Shown here: positions 14,570-28,700 of the stretch, piece by piece
How positions within the stretch are numbered: the first letter of the stretch is position 1
Layout of the letters: each line of letters opens with the position of its first letter
Assembly (NCBI RefSeq): GCF_036321535.1
Contig: NC_087436.1
Coordinates: 81,284,001-81,348,000 of the forward strand
From: Camelus dromedarius
Taxonomy: Eukaryota
Length of the DNA stretch: 64,000 nt
Direction: 5' to 3'
Position numbers and translations under genes: made by a program
The notes under the pieces: generated by a model
The model's input: only the letters and a program-made list of their open reading frames with translations
Database searches by the model: none
What the model was told of the DNA's origin: nothing

Positions 14570-14920
14570 AGAATAGTTAGGCAGATTTTATTTGGGGGGA
14601 CCATCTCAATTAGATATGGGGACCACTTCAGTGGGGTTTTGCAGTGGGGGGGAGAGATTGGACTCAATTCTGAACACAACAAGGAAAAGTGGGAATTTAT
14701 AGCCAAGGAAGAGGGTGTAGGGGATCAGTGAATAGAAAATTACTAAGAGGACACATCAAGAGTGAGGGAGGATTCTGGCTAAACTAAACCTAACAGGATT
14801 CTTGCTAAAATAGGACAATGCAGAGACAAATGCAGAAGTTCAAAAAGCGGGATGTAGTTGAAAAGAGAGTTCAGAGGAGCTTGAGTAAAGTTCAGTCAAA
14901 GAGATTTTTTTGTCAGTTTG
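14570..14920 (-). mobile_element. ERV1-class solo LTR fragment (MER31/MER67-like)
   Basis: 'gaaaagtgggaatttatagccaagga...gaaaattactaagagg...gattctggctaaac...ctaacaggattcttgctaaa' resembles recalled ERV1 LTR consensus. Subfamily uncertain. Confidence 0.55.
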
Positions 14921-16351
14921 CAGTCAGCCTAATTCTACCGTTCTTCATTGGACCTTTCCTTCTATCCATGAGAAGATAACAGAGCAGGGCTGACCTGCGT
15001 TTGAGGCTGAGGTACTTTGTCAACTACAACATTACTATTAAATTCAGTTTGCATGTGAATCTCCCGTTATAGATGTTATTTCTCTCTTCCAGTTCTGTTT
15101 ATCTCTATATAACTGTCCATATCATCTTTTTGTTTTCTCATGACTGTTGCAAAATATAGTAGCTCATTAAAAATACTTTAAATCCTCGTAGTCTGTTAGC
15201 TTGTGGTAGATTTTTGTTGCTGTTTTGTATGTTTCATTCTCATTGTATGTTTATTATTTAATGTAGCGTGATTTAGAAAAAAGCAAAAATGATTAATGAG
15301 TATAGGTATCTGTTTTGAAATAAAAATTTAAGAACATAATGGCACATTTCATCCTATCTAAAATATAATGAAATTAAGTAGGGGCAAACTATTCAAAAAG
15401 TTTTATGTTTGATAGACTTTTATAGGTGTTTTATAAATTGTTTCATTGGGCGCTTATTAAATGTGCCCCAATAATATGGAGTTTAATGTATTTATGTTTA
15501 CTAGTGAAAAAAAAGTTTGATCCACGATTGTGAAACAAGGTAACAAAAGAATATACAGTTATGAGAATTAATATTTACTTAATTAAATAGAACTTAATGC
15601 ATACGGCAGAGTTTTATACTCTTATTTGATATGAAATGGTTAAGAAGTAACCCTATTTTTGAGGCTAATTAAAATGGAACATGGAATACATGAAAAAAAA
15701 ATCTTTGTAATAGCTAGCTAAATTATTCCTGCATCTAGCAAGTCTGTTATTGCAATTGATTGCAAGTACTCAAAGAAGCTTATTTTATTCCTTTGATTTT
15801 CAGGCATGCACATATATAGACAGACTGTGTGTACATGTGCTTTTGATTTTATGAAATTCTTTTAAAAGACCAACTACTATCTTTTTTTAGTCGAAAGTGA
15901 AGTACAGTGTGCAATAGAATGAGGTGAGAACTCTGATAAAGATTTCAGGAAAACCAGTTATTTAAAATCAGGGAGCCAAAACAATTGTACAGCACACAGT
16001 TATGTATATTATAGAAGCGATAGTTAAGTTTTTTAAAACTGCAATTACTATCAATTGCTGTAGGTTCCATCATCTTTTAAGATCAAGGAGAAAAATTCTA
16101 CATTAAGACCCCTGTTAAGAAACAATAGTAATTAATGTTCATTAATAGATGAAAGCCAAGCCAGACTTAGGTGATATTTTCAGTCAATTTTGAAGTGATG
16201 CTTAACTATGTATATATTTTAAATCCTACATTCATTTTTTAATGTCTTATCTTGGAATAAAATATGCAAGTCTTGTCATTTTTATCTTGCATAATCCATT
16301 TGTTACGTTGTAAAAGTCCAAGGTATTTGTTATCACAGATCCTCTTACGAT

Positions 16352-16402
16352 CTTGAAGCTCCTCCAGTTATGTCCCTTGAAGCTCTTCCAGTTATGTCCC
16401 TT
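16352..16402. repeat. 24-bp tandem duplication (2 copies, 1 mismatch)
   Basis: CTTGAAGCTCCTCCAGTTATGTCC (16352-16375) and CTTGAAGCTCTTCCAGTTATGTCC (16376-16399), followed by CTT. Confidence 0.93.
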
Positions 16403-18214
16403 ACGAGGTTAATAAAAAAGCAATTTTAAAGTTTCCCCCCCTTATCTCCAATATAACATTTCTTTTACATTATGTCCATTTTCTCTACAACCTTGAATTT
16501 TTCTCTTTTGGCCAAGCTTTATGATACAAGATATCATCTTTATGAAAGCATTGAAGAAACTGTGTAAAAAATGTGGAATGAAAAATTGACAAGGCATTCA
16601 GTCTCCACTAAGCAATTCACCTGAGTACAGTACCAAATGTTTCAGTGCCTGTGGAAATATTACAAAGGATGACTGCTGAATAAGGCATTGGAATCTTATT
16701 CTTGAGATGAAGCATTAAGAAATAAAACGTGTATATATTTAATAGGAACATAGTAACTATGTCTAGTAATGAGGAAAGTATTTTATTTGGCATTTTTGCA
16801 TAAAATGTCAACATTATGATCTTGTCCTGTGCATTTCCTCCAAGACAACATGAACAGTAAAAGTGGGTCCCATGTACATATCAGTTGTAAAATGTTAATT
16901 CTGAAAATTACCCTTCAGGGATTTTTATTTTTACTTTACAGTGGGATGCAATTTATTTCTGACCAACACATTGCGTACCTTTATGTATCCTGGAGATTTG
17001 CTGTGATCACCGTCTAGCTGTTATGTATTTATCTAAATGCAACAAATGATACTGACCTAGAAAAGTATAAATTTACAGAACAAATTAGGGAAATTACCAT
17101 CTAGCTCCAGTAGTAAAAATAAAATATAAACTTATGACACAATAATTATTTTGATTTGCTTAAAATTTCTTAGAATCATTCCTTAGATTAAATTATATTT
17201 TCCATTTTGTGATACTGAGCCATTGAAAATAAGAATAATATATTTTTGAAATATGAAGATTCATTATAATTATAGTAACAATTGAAAAAATAATATAAAA
17301 CAGTATTGATGTTAAGGATAGTAACCAAAATAGCAAAATAATATGATAGAATTAAATGTTTTGGAGGGACAAATAACTCTGGATTCCATTTCTCTATAGA
17401 ATATTTTGTTACCTTCCTAAAATTCATTTACCTTCACTTTCATCAACCTAGATCCTTAATTTTGAGTCATGAATTTCCCTTCTTTTGTGGTTTCCATTTC
17501 AGCTTAGTTCAAACTCATATGCCTTCCTTATTCACAGTATCCAATGGTGACTTCAGGACCCAAGGAAACTTTCCAAGAGAATTTAGACCTCAATAGAAAG
17601 TATACACTCATCTTAGGAGGATAATAAAATACTGAAAATCTGGACAATTACGTAAGGATTGAAAGAGGAGTTAACAAAATATAACCATGTGTCAAATGTA
17701 TTTGATGGAGATATAGGCATCCGTTTTCAGAAATACTGCATTATACCATTGTGGCAATTAATAAACTGATTTATTCACTTATTTAACACATATAAACTAA
17801 GCATCTACTATGAATACAGGGATTATGGTCATGACCAAAAAAAAAAAAAATCTTGGTCCTTGCCCTGATGAATTTCACAGTCTAGGAAGGGAAACAAAAT
17901 TAATTGCTAATGCTTAAATGACAATTATTGACTGTGCTTAGAATAAAATAAGTTGAATTTCACAGGGAAATTAACATAGACAATGGCTCTTGGGGACTCG
18001 CCTATAGTAATATTACCTACGTCTGTTGTATTTTTACATTCCTTAGTAGTATTGATCCCTCAGTAAAGGAAAATGTTTATATTGGAATTTGGAATTTGAT
18101 GGGAGATTTAAAAATCAGAAAAGAATATTTTGGGGAAGTTATTCAGTGAATTTCTTAGTTAAATCAAAAACTTATACTAATTGTCTTTCCAACCCTTTGG
18201 TCAGGTTAACAATG

Positions 18215-18430
18215 GAAAAGCTACAGGCCCTGGAGCTGGATAGGTGTGGGTTCAAATCTATGTCTAGCATTTGTTAGTTGTGTGAGTTTGGGGGGAAATT
18301 TTAAGTTTGTTGAATCTCAGTTTCTTTTTTAAAATGTGCAAATATTATCATTATCACAGGGTTATGGTGAGAATTAAAGGGCAAAATATATGCAAAACTT
18401 TTACTTAGTCTCGAGTAAGTGCTTAATCAG
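18215..18430 (+). mobile_element. MIR SINE
   Basis: 'tgggttcaaatct...tagttgtgtgagtttggg...tctcagtttc...cacagggttatggtgagaattaaa'. Confidence 0.75.
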
Positions 18431-21116
18431 TAATCTTCCATTTTTTATTTCATGACTCTGTGTTCATGATTAGATCCTCCTGATAATTAAGGTGACATCA
18501 TTAGAAGCCAGGAAGTCTCACTCCAGCTCTGCCACTAACTAGTTGCATGACCTCGGCCAGTTCATTAAGCCCTTTTGTTCTCTAGTTTCTGGTCTGTACA
18601 GTGAAAAATACGCACACAATAAGTTTTCTGAATTCTGTTTTTTAAATTCTATATATTGAAGTATTTAAGTGAAATGAACCAGGATGGGAAGGATAGAAAC
18701 TTTAAACAAGTAAGATTTAATTTGTAAAAATAAGCTTGTGAATTTTAATACCTTAATAATATGTGCAAAACAGTTTGAGCACTTAGTGTGTACCGGGCCC
18801 TTTGTGAAATGTATCAGCGAAGATAAGTAAGACACAGTTCTTATCTACACAAGGGCTCAAGTTTAATGCCTGACAGTTTCTAAGAGCCAAACATATACTG
18901 GGTAGGTGAGGACAGATCTGGGACCTGGCATAATTCCCACAATTGGAGCCACACAAGGCAGGTCCAGCTGACCACCAGCTTAGTGAGTCCAGCAAGGTGT
19001 AATGTCTACATGGCCGACGGATTCAGGAAGCACTCTGCAAGGTTTTTCTAAGAGAATGTAGGAAGTTCCTGACAGACTCAGGCCTGAATCAGCGTGTAAT
19101 TACCCAAACCCCAATAACTGGAATGAGGACCTGGAGTAAAACTAGAGTTTCCAGTGAGAGTCAAACAGAACCAAAAGCAGGATTTGCACAGAGTAGACTG
19201 GAGACCAGAGTGTGGGACAAAACACAGCTCACGACTGCACAGCACACTATGCCTTGCACTGTACATGCCTTCTGGGAGAGGGAGAAAGACCTTGCTGGAT
19301 GGACCCAGATTGGTGAGGAAAGGCATTGAGGATGTTTAAATATTTCATTCCTTGTGTTCAAATGGTCTGGGTCAAGCAAATCAGCAGGAATTCTAGGACA
19401 CAAAGGGAACTAAGGGTGGAGCAGTGAGGGGGACTGTCACCTATTCCTTTTCATTGAATAGGATGGCTGAGAGAAATCTGCATACAAAGTAGAATTTGGT
19501 AAGGATCATTGGAAATCTGTAAGTAAAGGAACTTCAAAAGATGGAAGGGACACAAATGGATGAAAAGTTTAAAACCGGGTTTGAAGAGATGGGGAGAATT
19601 TTGATAGGTTTCTGTGGTTTTCGACCTTGGCTGATTATTGGAATCAACTGGATTACCTGGACTGGCTTTTAAAGTATGTTATGGGATAGTTTTTCTCCTT
19701 TCTTGGTGATTCTAATATGCAACCGAGGTTGAAAAACACTGATAGGAAACTCTTCCAACTAGTGGGAACGCCAGGAGCAAAGACAAAGAACAGAGCTTAT
19801 TTAGGGGCCAAAGTCATTGCGTCTTGCTGGTGCAGATGCTAGAGTAACTTGTTGCCATGTTACTTGGGGGAAGGAAATTAATGTGTCATTACACAAGCAA
19901 AGAGGTCCGGTGACAAAGCCTTGATAAACTAGCTGAACTAGGAGAAATGAAGGAACCAAGATAGTACAAGGTCTAGGAGCCAAGGACGGTGAGAGTTTCT
20001 GTGGAAATGATACGGCTACATTGTGAAAAATCAAAACATGCAAATAGACAGAAATCAGGAAAATGTGACACAAATTGAGAAAGTATGTCATCTTTATTTT
20101 TTTCCTGCATTTTGGTCTTATATGATTATCTTATAGGATTATTGAACTGCTTGTTCAATTTTTATGGCATGTGTCTGCTATAGTTCTTCATGCATGTTTA
20201 GCGAAAAAGCACCCAATGTCTCAATTTCTTTATTTACAAAACAGAAATGTAAACAACAAAAATTCTTGCCCACTTAAAACTCCTGCTGTTGTTGAGGACA
20301 GGTCTGTGAAAACTTTGTTTATAGCATCTGCTCTCAAAATCAGTAAAAAGTGGTTAAACCTTAAGTAAAAACCTGTAGGTTAAGTTGTAATTGATAATAA
20401 CACACAACTTCCTTTCAGTAACACTGTCAACTTACCTAATCATTACTTGGTGAATTGCCAGTTCCAATTTACTTTCTATAGCCTATTTTTTAAAGACATT
20501 TTGCTCAAACTTTAACCCAAGCAAATCCCTTTTAGGTACTATCTGATCTTAGACGATGCCAGTTCATGCAAACTAGAAGATGCTGAAAAGTTAATGAGGG
20601 AAAAAACTTAGTGCCTGTTTTGACTTTAAAGACCACAGGAACAGTAAGCCACTTCAAAGCCTGTCTTTTAATCTTCTCATTGTTGAGCTCTTTGCTGTGA
20701 GGGGACAAGGGGGTGTGATTTTTATCCCTGTAATCAGTTTCTGTCAAGACAAGCTTTCTAAACATTTGTTAAGGGGGAGTTACAGGAGTATTATGTGTGG
20801 TCACTGGTCTCTCACCCTTAGCTGATAAAAGGAGAGACGAGTGTCAAGTCAGCAAGCCTCCAGCCTGAGTTAGCTTTCCTCTGGAGGTCTAGAAACGAAC
20901 CCGCTTTCCACAAACACCTATAATGAAGGAAGACAGAATTTGAAACTGCCAGGTTGTGGAATGTTTGCCTTTCTTCTAGAAAATATGGAAGGTAAAAACA
21001 ACTGATTTTTTTTTCCTTTTTAGAAATTTTTGGAAGCTTTGATCAGGAAATCTTGGGGATGGAGCTGAGGGTTTGAGTGCAGAGAGACATTGCTGCATCC
21101 ACTAAAAATTGTTGTT

Positions 21117-21155
21117 TTATTAGCACCACAATCTAACCAACTGAGCTAACAGGCC
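21117..21155 (-). pseudogene. 5'-half tRNA-Ile(AAT) tailless retropseudogene
   Basis: Minus strand reads GGCCTGTTAGCTCAGTTGGTTAGATTGTGGTGCTAATAA, versus recalled tRNA-Ile-AAT GGCCGGTTAGCTCAGTTGGTTAGAGCGTGGTGCTAATAA (36/39 identical). It ends in the anticodon loop and is flanked by direct repeats TAAAAATTGTTRTTTTATTA (21103-21122 and 21162-21181). Confidence 0.88.
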
Positions 21156-24100
21156 GGCTGATAAAAATTGTTATTTTATTAAAGTCTTACTCTTTCAGTT
21201 TACTATCTGCTGCCTTCACATGTAAATAGTGTGTCTAAATATAATCTCTAGAATTATTCAAGAGTGCCTTGAAGATACCAGATAGAAGCAAACAGAGAAA
21301 AAAGTAAGGCTTGAGAGGACTTTCCTTATTTAAGACAAAAATCCTTCTTTCAGATTTATTCATTATTAGCCAATGCATTTTAAGAAGACATTTTAGGAGT
21401 TGCTGTCTTTGTGGTATATATTAGATTCATTATGATTCTTTTTGTAGAGTTGAATGTCTGTGTAAGTGGCCTTGATTACAGTGTTTTAAGTTAAGTGCTA
21501 TATAACTCCCCTAGGCTTTTAGTTTTGTAATCCTCATGGACAGCTTAATTTAGGTTTATATTCGCTTCTGGAAACTTGGTGTCTATTTATAGATTTTTAA
21601 TTACATGTTTTTACTTGTAATCCTTTATAATTGTGCTCTTCAAGTAAGAACCATCTTTACAAATTCTTATTTCATAGTACAATTTCTATAGAAACCTGTA
21701 AATGACTAGTAACTCTTACCCAGTTTGAGGGTTGTATTAACTTTGTCAGAGAATGCAATAATGCATTTTTAGAATTTTCGAGGTCTTTTTGGAAGGTTAT
21801 TCGGTGTCTCTGAAATATAAGTACTTGAAATATAACAAAAGCATGGTTTAATACCACCTTGTATGGTTTAAATTATAAAGTAACAGACAATACTATTAAT
21901 TTTTAATACCTAGTTATATCTTTCTGAGTTTTCTCTAATAAGGTAGAGAGATTGTAGCTCTTCTTGGGTCTTCCATGTGCTTCCTAACATTTGATAATCT
22001 CTTGTGTGTGAAACCATATGGAAAACTAAAATGGTGCATTGTTATGGTTAGCAGAGGGGTCATTTCTCTTAACATCAGGGCTCCTTAATTGTCTAAAGCT
22101 AGAGTCAGAGGGTGTAAATTATGTTGGTTGATGTTTCATCAATTTTCTTTTAGCCCTCGGAGAGCAAAAGTCTGGCTAATTAAGGCACTGCCGAGAATGA
22201 GAATCCCTCATAGAAATTTGAAATGGAGTATCATAATCAATTTCATTATTGGGCTTGTTCAATAAATTAAAGATAAATATTAATCAGAGTCACACTATCA
22301 CTATTCTAGTGCTGTAGAGAACTTCAAATCATCTTATGCTATTTTAAAACACTTCAGAGAGTTATATTCAGATTTAATTTAGCAATGTCTGGACTCAGAA
22401 GTAATTCATTGTTTAAGGGCCCAAAATACACTTTAGCAAACCGTGCTTTTAGCAAAAGCTTAAAGATTGTCAATGCCCATATCTGACAACATGATTTACC
22501 GTAACATGGTAAACTTCACAGAACAATCATGAAACATGTTTACTAAATGAAATAAAAGATAAAAGATTTATATACAATAGTGAAGTGCCCCATGGACAGA
22601 GTATACTTTCCATTTTTAGTTTTCATCCTGACTCCAGATTAACATTCTCATGATATATAAAGGTGAGCATTCTGTAGATGAACAATCAGTGCACCAGAAG
22701 GCGATTCTGCAAGTATTAAGTCTTATCATCATAGACCGAGATGTGTGTCTCTTCTAAAGAAAGTCTTGCGTTTATGCTACTCAAACTGATTGAGAGAGAG
22801 GGAATGATGAGCAGTGATTTGATGTTTATTTTCTGAATGGCACTCTAAAACTGGTACATATTCATGGAGCTCTGAAAGCATTAATTGAATGACTTCTTTG
22901 CTTCCAAATAGGCAAATAAAGTATAAACTGAAACCATGTCATAAAGCAGCCAAAATGTTGAGGCTAGGCCACATGCATTTTTCCCTAAGAAATACAAATA
23001 AAACGGTTGAAATTAACCCCATACACTCACACAGATATGATGCAATAGTTGATACACATTTTGATACAAGATAATGTTTCAACAAGGGTGACTTGTGAGC
23101 AGTACATCTATGTATGAGAGAGTCTATTATCGGTCATTACGGAGATAGTAACAGGTTTTACTGTGTATAATAACTTGTTGGCCTTTTCTCTTGCAACCAG
23201 AGAATACCTGGGATCTTATATGAAATAATTTTCCTCACATCACGTAATACATACTGACAAGCCTGAATGTTGCTTTATGATAGATACAGTCTTTTTCTTC
23301 AGTCAGATTTATCTGGGACCCAGAGGGAGCCCCATCTCCCCCAACTTTCTTCATGTAAACCCACTGCCTCTCTTTCAATTCTCTTCCTTATTTCTCCTCA
23401 TCTTTCACCTCCCCTCCCCTTCATTATATAGGTACAAGATAATCTGTGTTTTATTATTTTATATATTTTTTGTGATCTTTTACTTCTGATCCTCATTTGA
23501 AATTTTTGGGATGGTTCAGTGATCTGGATTTAAGAAAGTTCTATTTTTACTATTTATAAGTGATGTTTATAGCTTCAGATGAGTTGTATTGCATTAAGTT
23601 AATTGCTCTGAGCAGCAGTTGTTATAGCAGTCAAAAAAAAAAATTAAAGCTCTGTCTTTTAAACTTCTTTTGGGGTGATTGTTTCAAGAGGATGGATATC
23701 TTATACAATTCATCCAGAGAATGCCAGAGTTTTCATTAAACAAAATGTAACTTCCATCTGGACATAGAGCAATGCAGAAATAGGAGCTTAGTTTCTCATT
23801 CCTACTAACAAAGTTTTTACACTGGTAGTCACCTGCAGGATGGAGAGAGACAGAATTCTCATTTTTATTCAGTGTGTCACCCGTGTATGCCAAATGCAGA
23901 TAAACTACAAATTTATAAGCCTTCTTGCTTAGCAAAATTGTAATTAATGTTAGTATTTCTAGATGAAATTACTTAGGGAGAAATCTCAGTAAATACCAGG
24001 GATCATTGTTTCCTTTTTAAGATAAGACCTTATGAAATTACAGTGAAAATAAAACACCTTTCACTCTGTCGTCTGCTAGGCTTAGCTGCATATAATAGAT

Positions 24101-24899
24101 ACAAGGTAGTTCTATGGTTGAAGTATCAGAGAACTTTGAAAACGATACATCTTCTTTCAGTGGCTGTTTAACTGCTTGTCTACTGGTGTTTACGGAGCAA
24201 GATGGATGGAAAGCCGAGAGAAAACAGAGTATCTGATTGGTTAAAGCGTTGAGCATTCAATCTCCTGAAGTTTACACAGCAATTGAAATGGCCTCTTCTA
24301 TAAATAACGCCATGCTTCCTGTATTTCTGTCATTTATAGCATACAGTAGCAAGAGCAGCCTCCACACTGTATTTCTTAATCTCCCAAAATGCCTCATCCA
24401 TACGTAAATCATCTGAGTCCGGGCCAAATCTTGTATTGACCCTCCAAGACTTTTATTGCGGTTTCATTCATTTTTTATTGCCTCTTCTTTCTTCTTCTTC
24501 TTCTTCTTTTTTTTTTTTAATTTCCTAAATCCAGGAGCTGAAAAGGGGGTTATAATTTTTATTTTCTTGTCAATGATGTATATATAGTTTCTTCCCCATC
24601 ATGCTGTCAGGGTTGTAGGAAAGCAAAACTTCTCTGTCATGAAAAGCCAGCCAAAGCAAATGAATCATTAGACTGATGAAAGGTCTGTTGGGGACAGTCA
24701 GTGTCTTTCCTCTTAGCTGTCAGTTAACAATGACACCTAATCCTTAGTATTTATTGGGTGTAAAAGAAAGGTTGTTAACTATTTTATTACCAATCCTTTC
24801 ATCCCTGAAGAGTTCCCTGCCCCTGACTTTCTGTTCACTTTTCTCTTCCTTTTCCCTTTCTTCCTCCCCCTCACCCCATTTTGTTGGTTTTGGTTTTGG

Positions 24900-25735
24900 T
24901 CATTCAGTAAACCCTTATTGAGATTTTATCATGGCAGATGTTTTGCTTTGCTAGGGACTCAAGATTCAAAGATACTTCATCATTTTTGCAGTTAAGGACC
25001 TGACAGCCTGGTGCGGGGGACGCACAAAGAATTATAACAGTCTGTGAACATGGGTGGCGACAGAGGCATGAGCAAACACAGCCACAAAGGCCACATCAGT
25101 TAAGTCTGGCTAGGACAGTGAGGATAACTCCACTGAAAGTGAACATTTCTAAGTAGGTCTTAAAGCTTTAATAGAAATTTTGCAAATAAATAAAGAGGGA
25201 CCGGAGGACATACGTAAATAAAACATGTTCAGGCAATGACAGCTGTAATTGTCTAATTTAAAAAACAAGGTGCGAAGAGTGAGGTTGTGATTGAAAAGAG
25301 GACTGGAAATGCGTTTGAAGCCAGATGGTTAAGGGCTCTGTGTGCCTGTAGCACTGGGACCTTATTCTCTAAGATGGATCACTATCAGAGACGTTATCAA
25401 ATTAAATCTATGACAGTAGCACAGAAAATCCATTAGGACAGGAACTTTACTTCGTTCACTTCTAAATCCCTGGAATAGAGTTGGCAGGCATTAGTAAGTA
25501 CATACCTACCAAATGTCTACCCTGAAGGTTGCATGGGGTCCACGTGGCGGTGGGGTTGCTAATGGAAGACATCAGAGATATGGACACTGTGAGGAGACAG
25601 TGTAGTAATCTAGGTGAGAGGTAATGACAACCAGACCAGCGAAGTGGACTTCAGTTTGGTGAGAGGTGTGAACTGGAGAGGTGAAACTCTTTTGGAGGTG
25701 GTATTGACAGGGCTAAGTGACCATTACGGTCTGGG
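24900..25735 (-). mobile_element. L2 LINE fragments (antisense)
   Basis: Starts 'cattcagtaaacccttattgag' (reverse of L2 3' end) and continues with purine-rich L2-like segments ('gtaatctaggtgagaggtaatgac', 'gtattgacagggct'). Confidence 0.55.
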
Positions 25736-28700
25736 ACATCAGTGGGGAGACTGAATGTACAATGGGACTAGAGTAACTTCAAACTCTAGGCAAAGTTGAA
25801 TCACTTAAGAATTTAATGACAACAGATGACCAAACCGCACATTTTTCATTAAAGTATTTAACAGAGAATTGGTAATGGAATCAAAATGAAGGACATAACT
25901 TACTTATTTACTGCTGCCAGCTTCTGTAGCTTGTCGTGGAGAGGTTTACACTGGTGAGTTTAGAACCAGAGCTGGCACAGCCTGCGGGAATTTATCTATT
26001 CTATGACCAGTTTCTCATGTGAAAGGCATCATCCCAAAGAAGATCACCTGGGCTCCAGCCAGCAGGGCACTCATGAAAGACACACATATAAGTGACCATG
26101 GAATCCATCCCATGCACTGTGAGTGTCTGGGTTTTCCATCCCTTCTGTGTTTGTTTTCCTGAGAAAAACTCTTTGAGAAGGAGTTTTTTTTTTTTTTTTT
26201 TTTTTTGCAGCTATTGATGTGAGATGTTCTCCATCAAGGTTTCACAGCAGAATTCATATTTCTGATTCCTAATTCCTTAATATTTTCCAGCTGACTTCTG
26301 TCTGTTTCAGTTTTGAAGTCAGAGTTGATTCTAGACACACACAGCACAATATATGTATGGATAAAGAGTATTATATGGGAATTTTGCTTAACAGGCATAT
26401 GGAAAACTAATGAGCAGCAAACCAGCTTTAAAAAGCTTAGTGCTAGATCATTCACATCTTATTTCTTAGTATTTTGATATTGTTTTTAGACTGCCTGCCT
26501 GATAATATGGAAATTTAATGCTAGTTCCCAAAACCTGTCTCAAAGATTTATAGGTCATTTCTCCCTCCCAGTGGTTACATGTAGATCTCACTCACAGTCT
26601 TTAGTGATCAATTACCTTAATTCCATGGCAGAGAGTACTCCAATGAGAAGTTAATGGCTCTGTGACTAAATCAGTAAGAATAATTACTTTATTGATACAA
26701 AAGCGCAGGAACAGAAAGAGCACCCACTCCTAAGCAGGCACATAGTTATCGCTATCAGGTATATCTAAATAAATAGAATATTGGTGGGATCCTTAAACAA
26801 ATTTCTATGTTTTAATGAGGTGATAGAAAAGTAACAGGAGTATTTGCTGTAGTTTATTTTGTTTATTAGGTAATCAACATCATTTTGCAGTTGTCAGATT
26901 AACATTACCTTTTTTTAGATTTATTACCAGTTCTTAATTACTTTCCTATTATTGTTCTTTTTAAAAGAATTTTCTCCCTCAGTTTGGAAGAAACTTCCAC
27001 CTGTTTCTCTCATGGCCATCTCCTACCAAGGAAACAATATTTGTATGTCTCTTGTGAACCCTTCTTCACCAGCCCCGCGCTGGGAATTCTAGCCTCCTCA
27101 AGTCTCTCCAGTAGTGTTGTCGTAGAATTTCTTTGTAGCAGTGGTTCATGGATAGGATGTGTTTAGAAGTTGGTGCCAGATTCCTCATCCTGAAGTATTA
27201 TTTGCATAGCAAGGACAGTGTGTTCAGTTCATTTGATTGTTTGTTTGTTTGGTGCTCATAGAGTTAAAGCTCCTCTCTCTCAAGGCATTTTGCCCCTTTA
27301 CCACCTTCTTCTTCTACTGACGCTCAGAAGCCCTAGCAGGTTTCCATACTTGCTCTTTCCATTGTCCTCTCAGGTCCCGATGCTGCAGTTGTCATTGTCT
27401 GCTTCTGCTCTGGGGATCTCTTTTGAATGCCATGTAAGTGCAGTGCCCTATCTCATTTCTCTAAATATAGAATTGTCTGCATGGTTGCTGAAGACGTTGC
27501 ATTCTTTTCACAACCTATCATGCTCCAGTGTTAGAGTGAATACTTTATACCCCATGAGTGCTGGCTGTACTTCTATAAAGCGCTATAAAATACACTTCTT
27601 TGAACTCTCAAAACCTTTCATGAAGTTTGGTTTAGACATCTCTTGTAGATTTTATTCTGTCTTTACTGAAACTATTCCACCTTAGACATGGCTTACTTAC
27701 TGTACTGAGAACAACATGATTGGAAGGCCCTGGGCACTATACCACACGATCTCCTGTCTCCTGTTCAGCAGTTACCCACTCCCATGGCTCAGACGTGGAT
27801 GTCTCAATCTCTCTTCCCACAGGATGCAAAGTGACACACCAATCAATCTCCACGCCACCATACTCTCAGTTTGAATGCTAGTGTGAACATGGATCGATTT
27901 TCAAGCAGAAACACTGCCCACTTCAAGTCAATATTCATTCAAAAGGTGCATGTGAGGAAAACCCACTCTATACACTACATGCGAATAAATTTTTCTCTTT
28001 TTATTATTTGGTTGTCTGTTTTTATGCTTTATTTAAGGAATACATATGGACTAGCTTTTCTTCACCCACGCCGATCATAGTAGTAAATGTGACCCCAAGA
28101 TATTATCAGGTTATAGATAAACAGTTATATGTTTATATGTTATTGTTAAGGAATTATAGGTTTTCATTATTATTATTAATTTTAAAAAAGAAGTAACTGA
28201 TATTATCATACAAGTCACCAGTATTGAAATATCTAAAGAAATAGACAAAAATTTCACAAGGAGTCAAAAGAGTAATTAACCAATATCAAATGACAAAATG
28301 TAAGTTTAGTAATGAGTTTGATGTCCTTTATTCAAGGGAAAATAACCCATGGATTGGGGGAGTACAGTGCCTCACCAGCCAGGGGCGCTCTCCTTGAGGG
28401 TTACTGGGCAAAGACCAGTTTTATGGAGCTGGAGAAACTCCAGTGCCTACACAGGGCATGACTGGCCAGGAGGTCAAGGATGTCCCTATAAGGCTGGCAG
28501 GTCCCGTTTTCCAGAGTGAGCCGAGGTGCAGGACTGTGACTGGTGTTGGAGTTCTATGACAGTGAGGTGTTTTCCATAAGTACAGTCTGACTTAGTTTAG
28601 ATTCGTGACCTGAACCAAATGAGAAGGCCACTGGGGAGGCCCCATTCTTTGGGTCCTGATACGCAAATTAATGTTATCACCAGTGTCAACACAGAAACCA

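Noticed and set aside
21117..21155. Functional tRNA-Ile gene
   Set aside because: The whole 3' half (T-arm/B-box and acceptor 3' strand) is missing and the piece is flanked by a TSD, so it is called a pseudogene instead.
27218..27685. 155-aa ORF, and similar Leu/Ser/Phe-rich ORFs at 3688-4095, 31994-32416 and 56820-57305
   Set aside because: Composition reflects pyrimidine-rich or microsatellite DNA. Several use non-ATG starts, and none shows homology I recognise or a clear exon structure.
28372..28392. CTCF-like motif (cagccaggggcgctc)
   Set aside because: It is an imperfect single match, probably within an old LTR-like segment, and cannot be supported without PWM or ChIP data.
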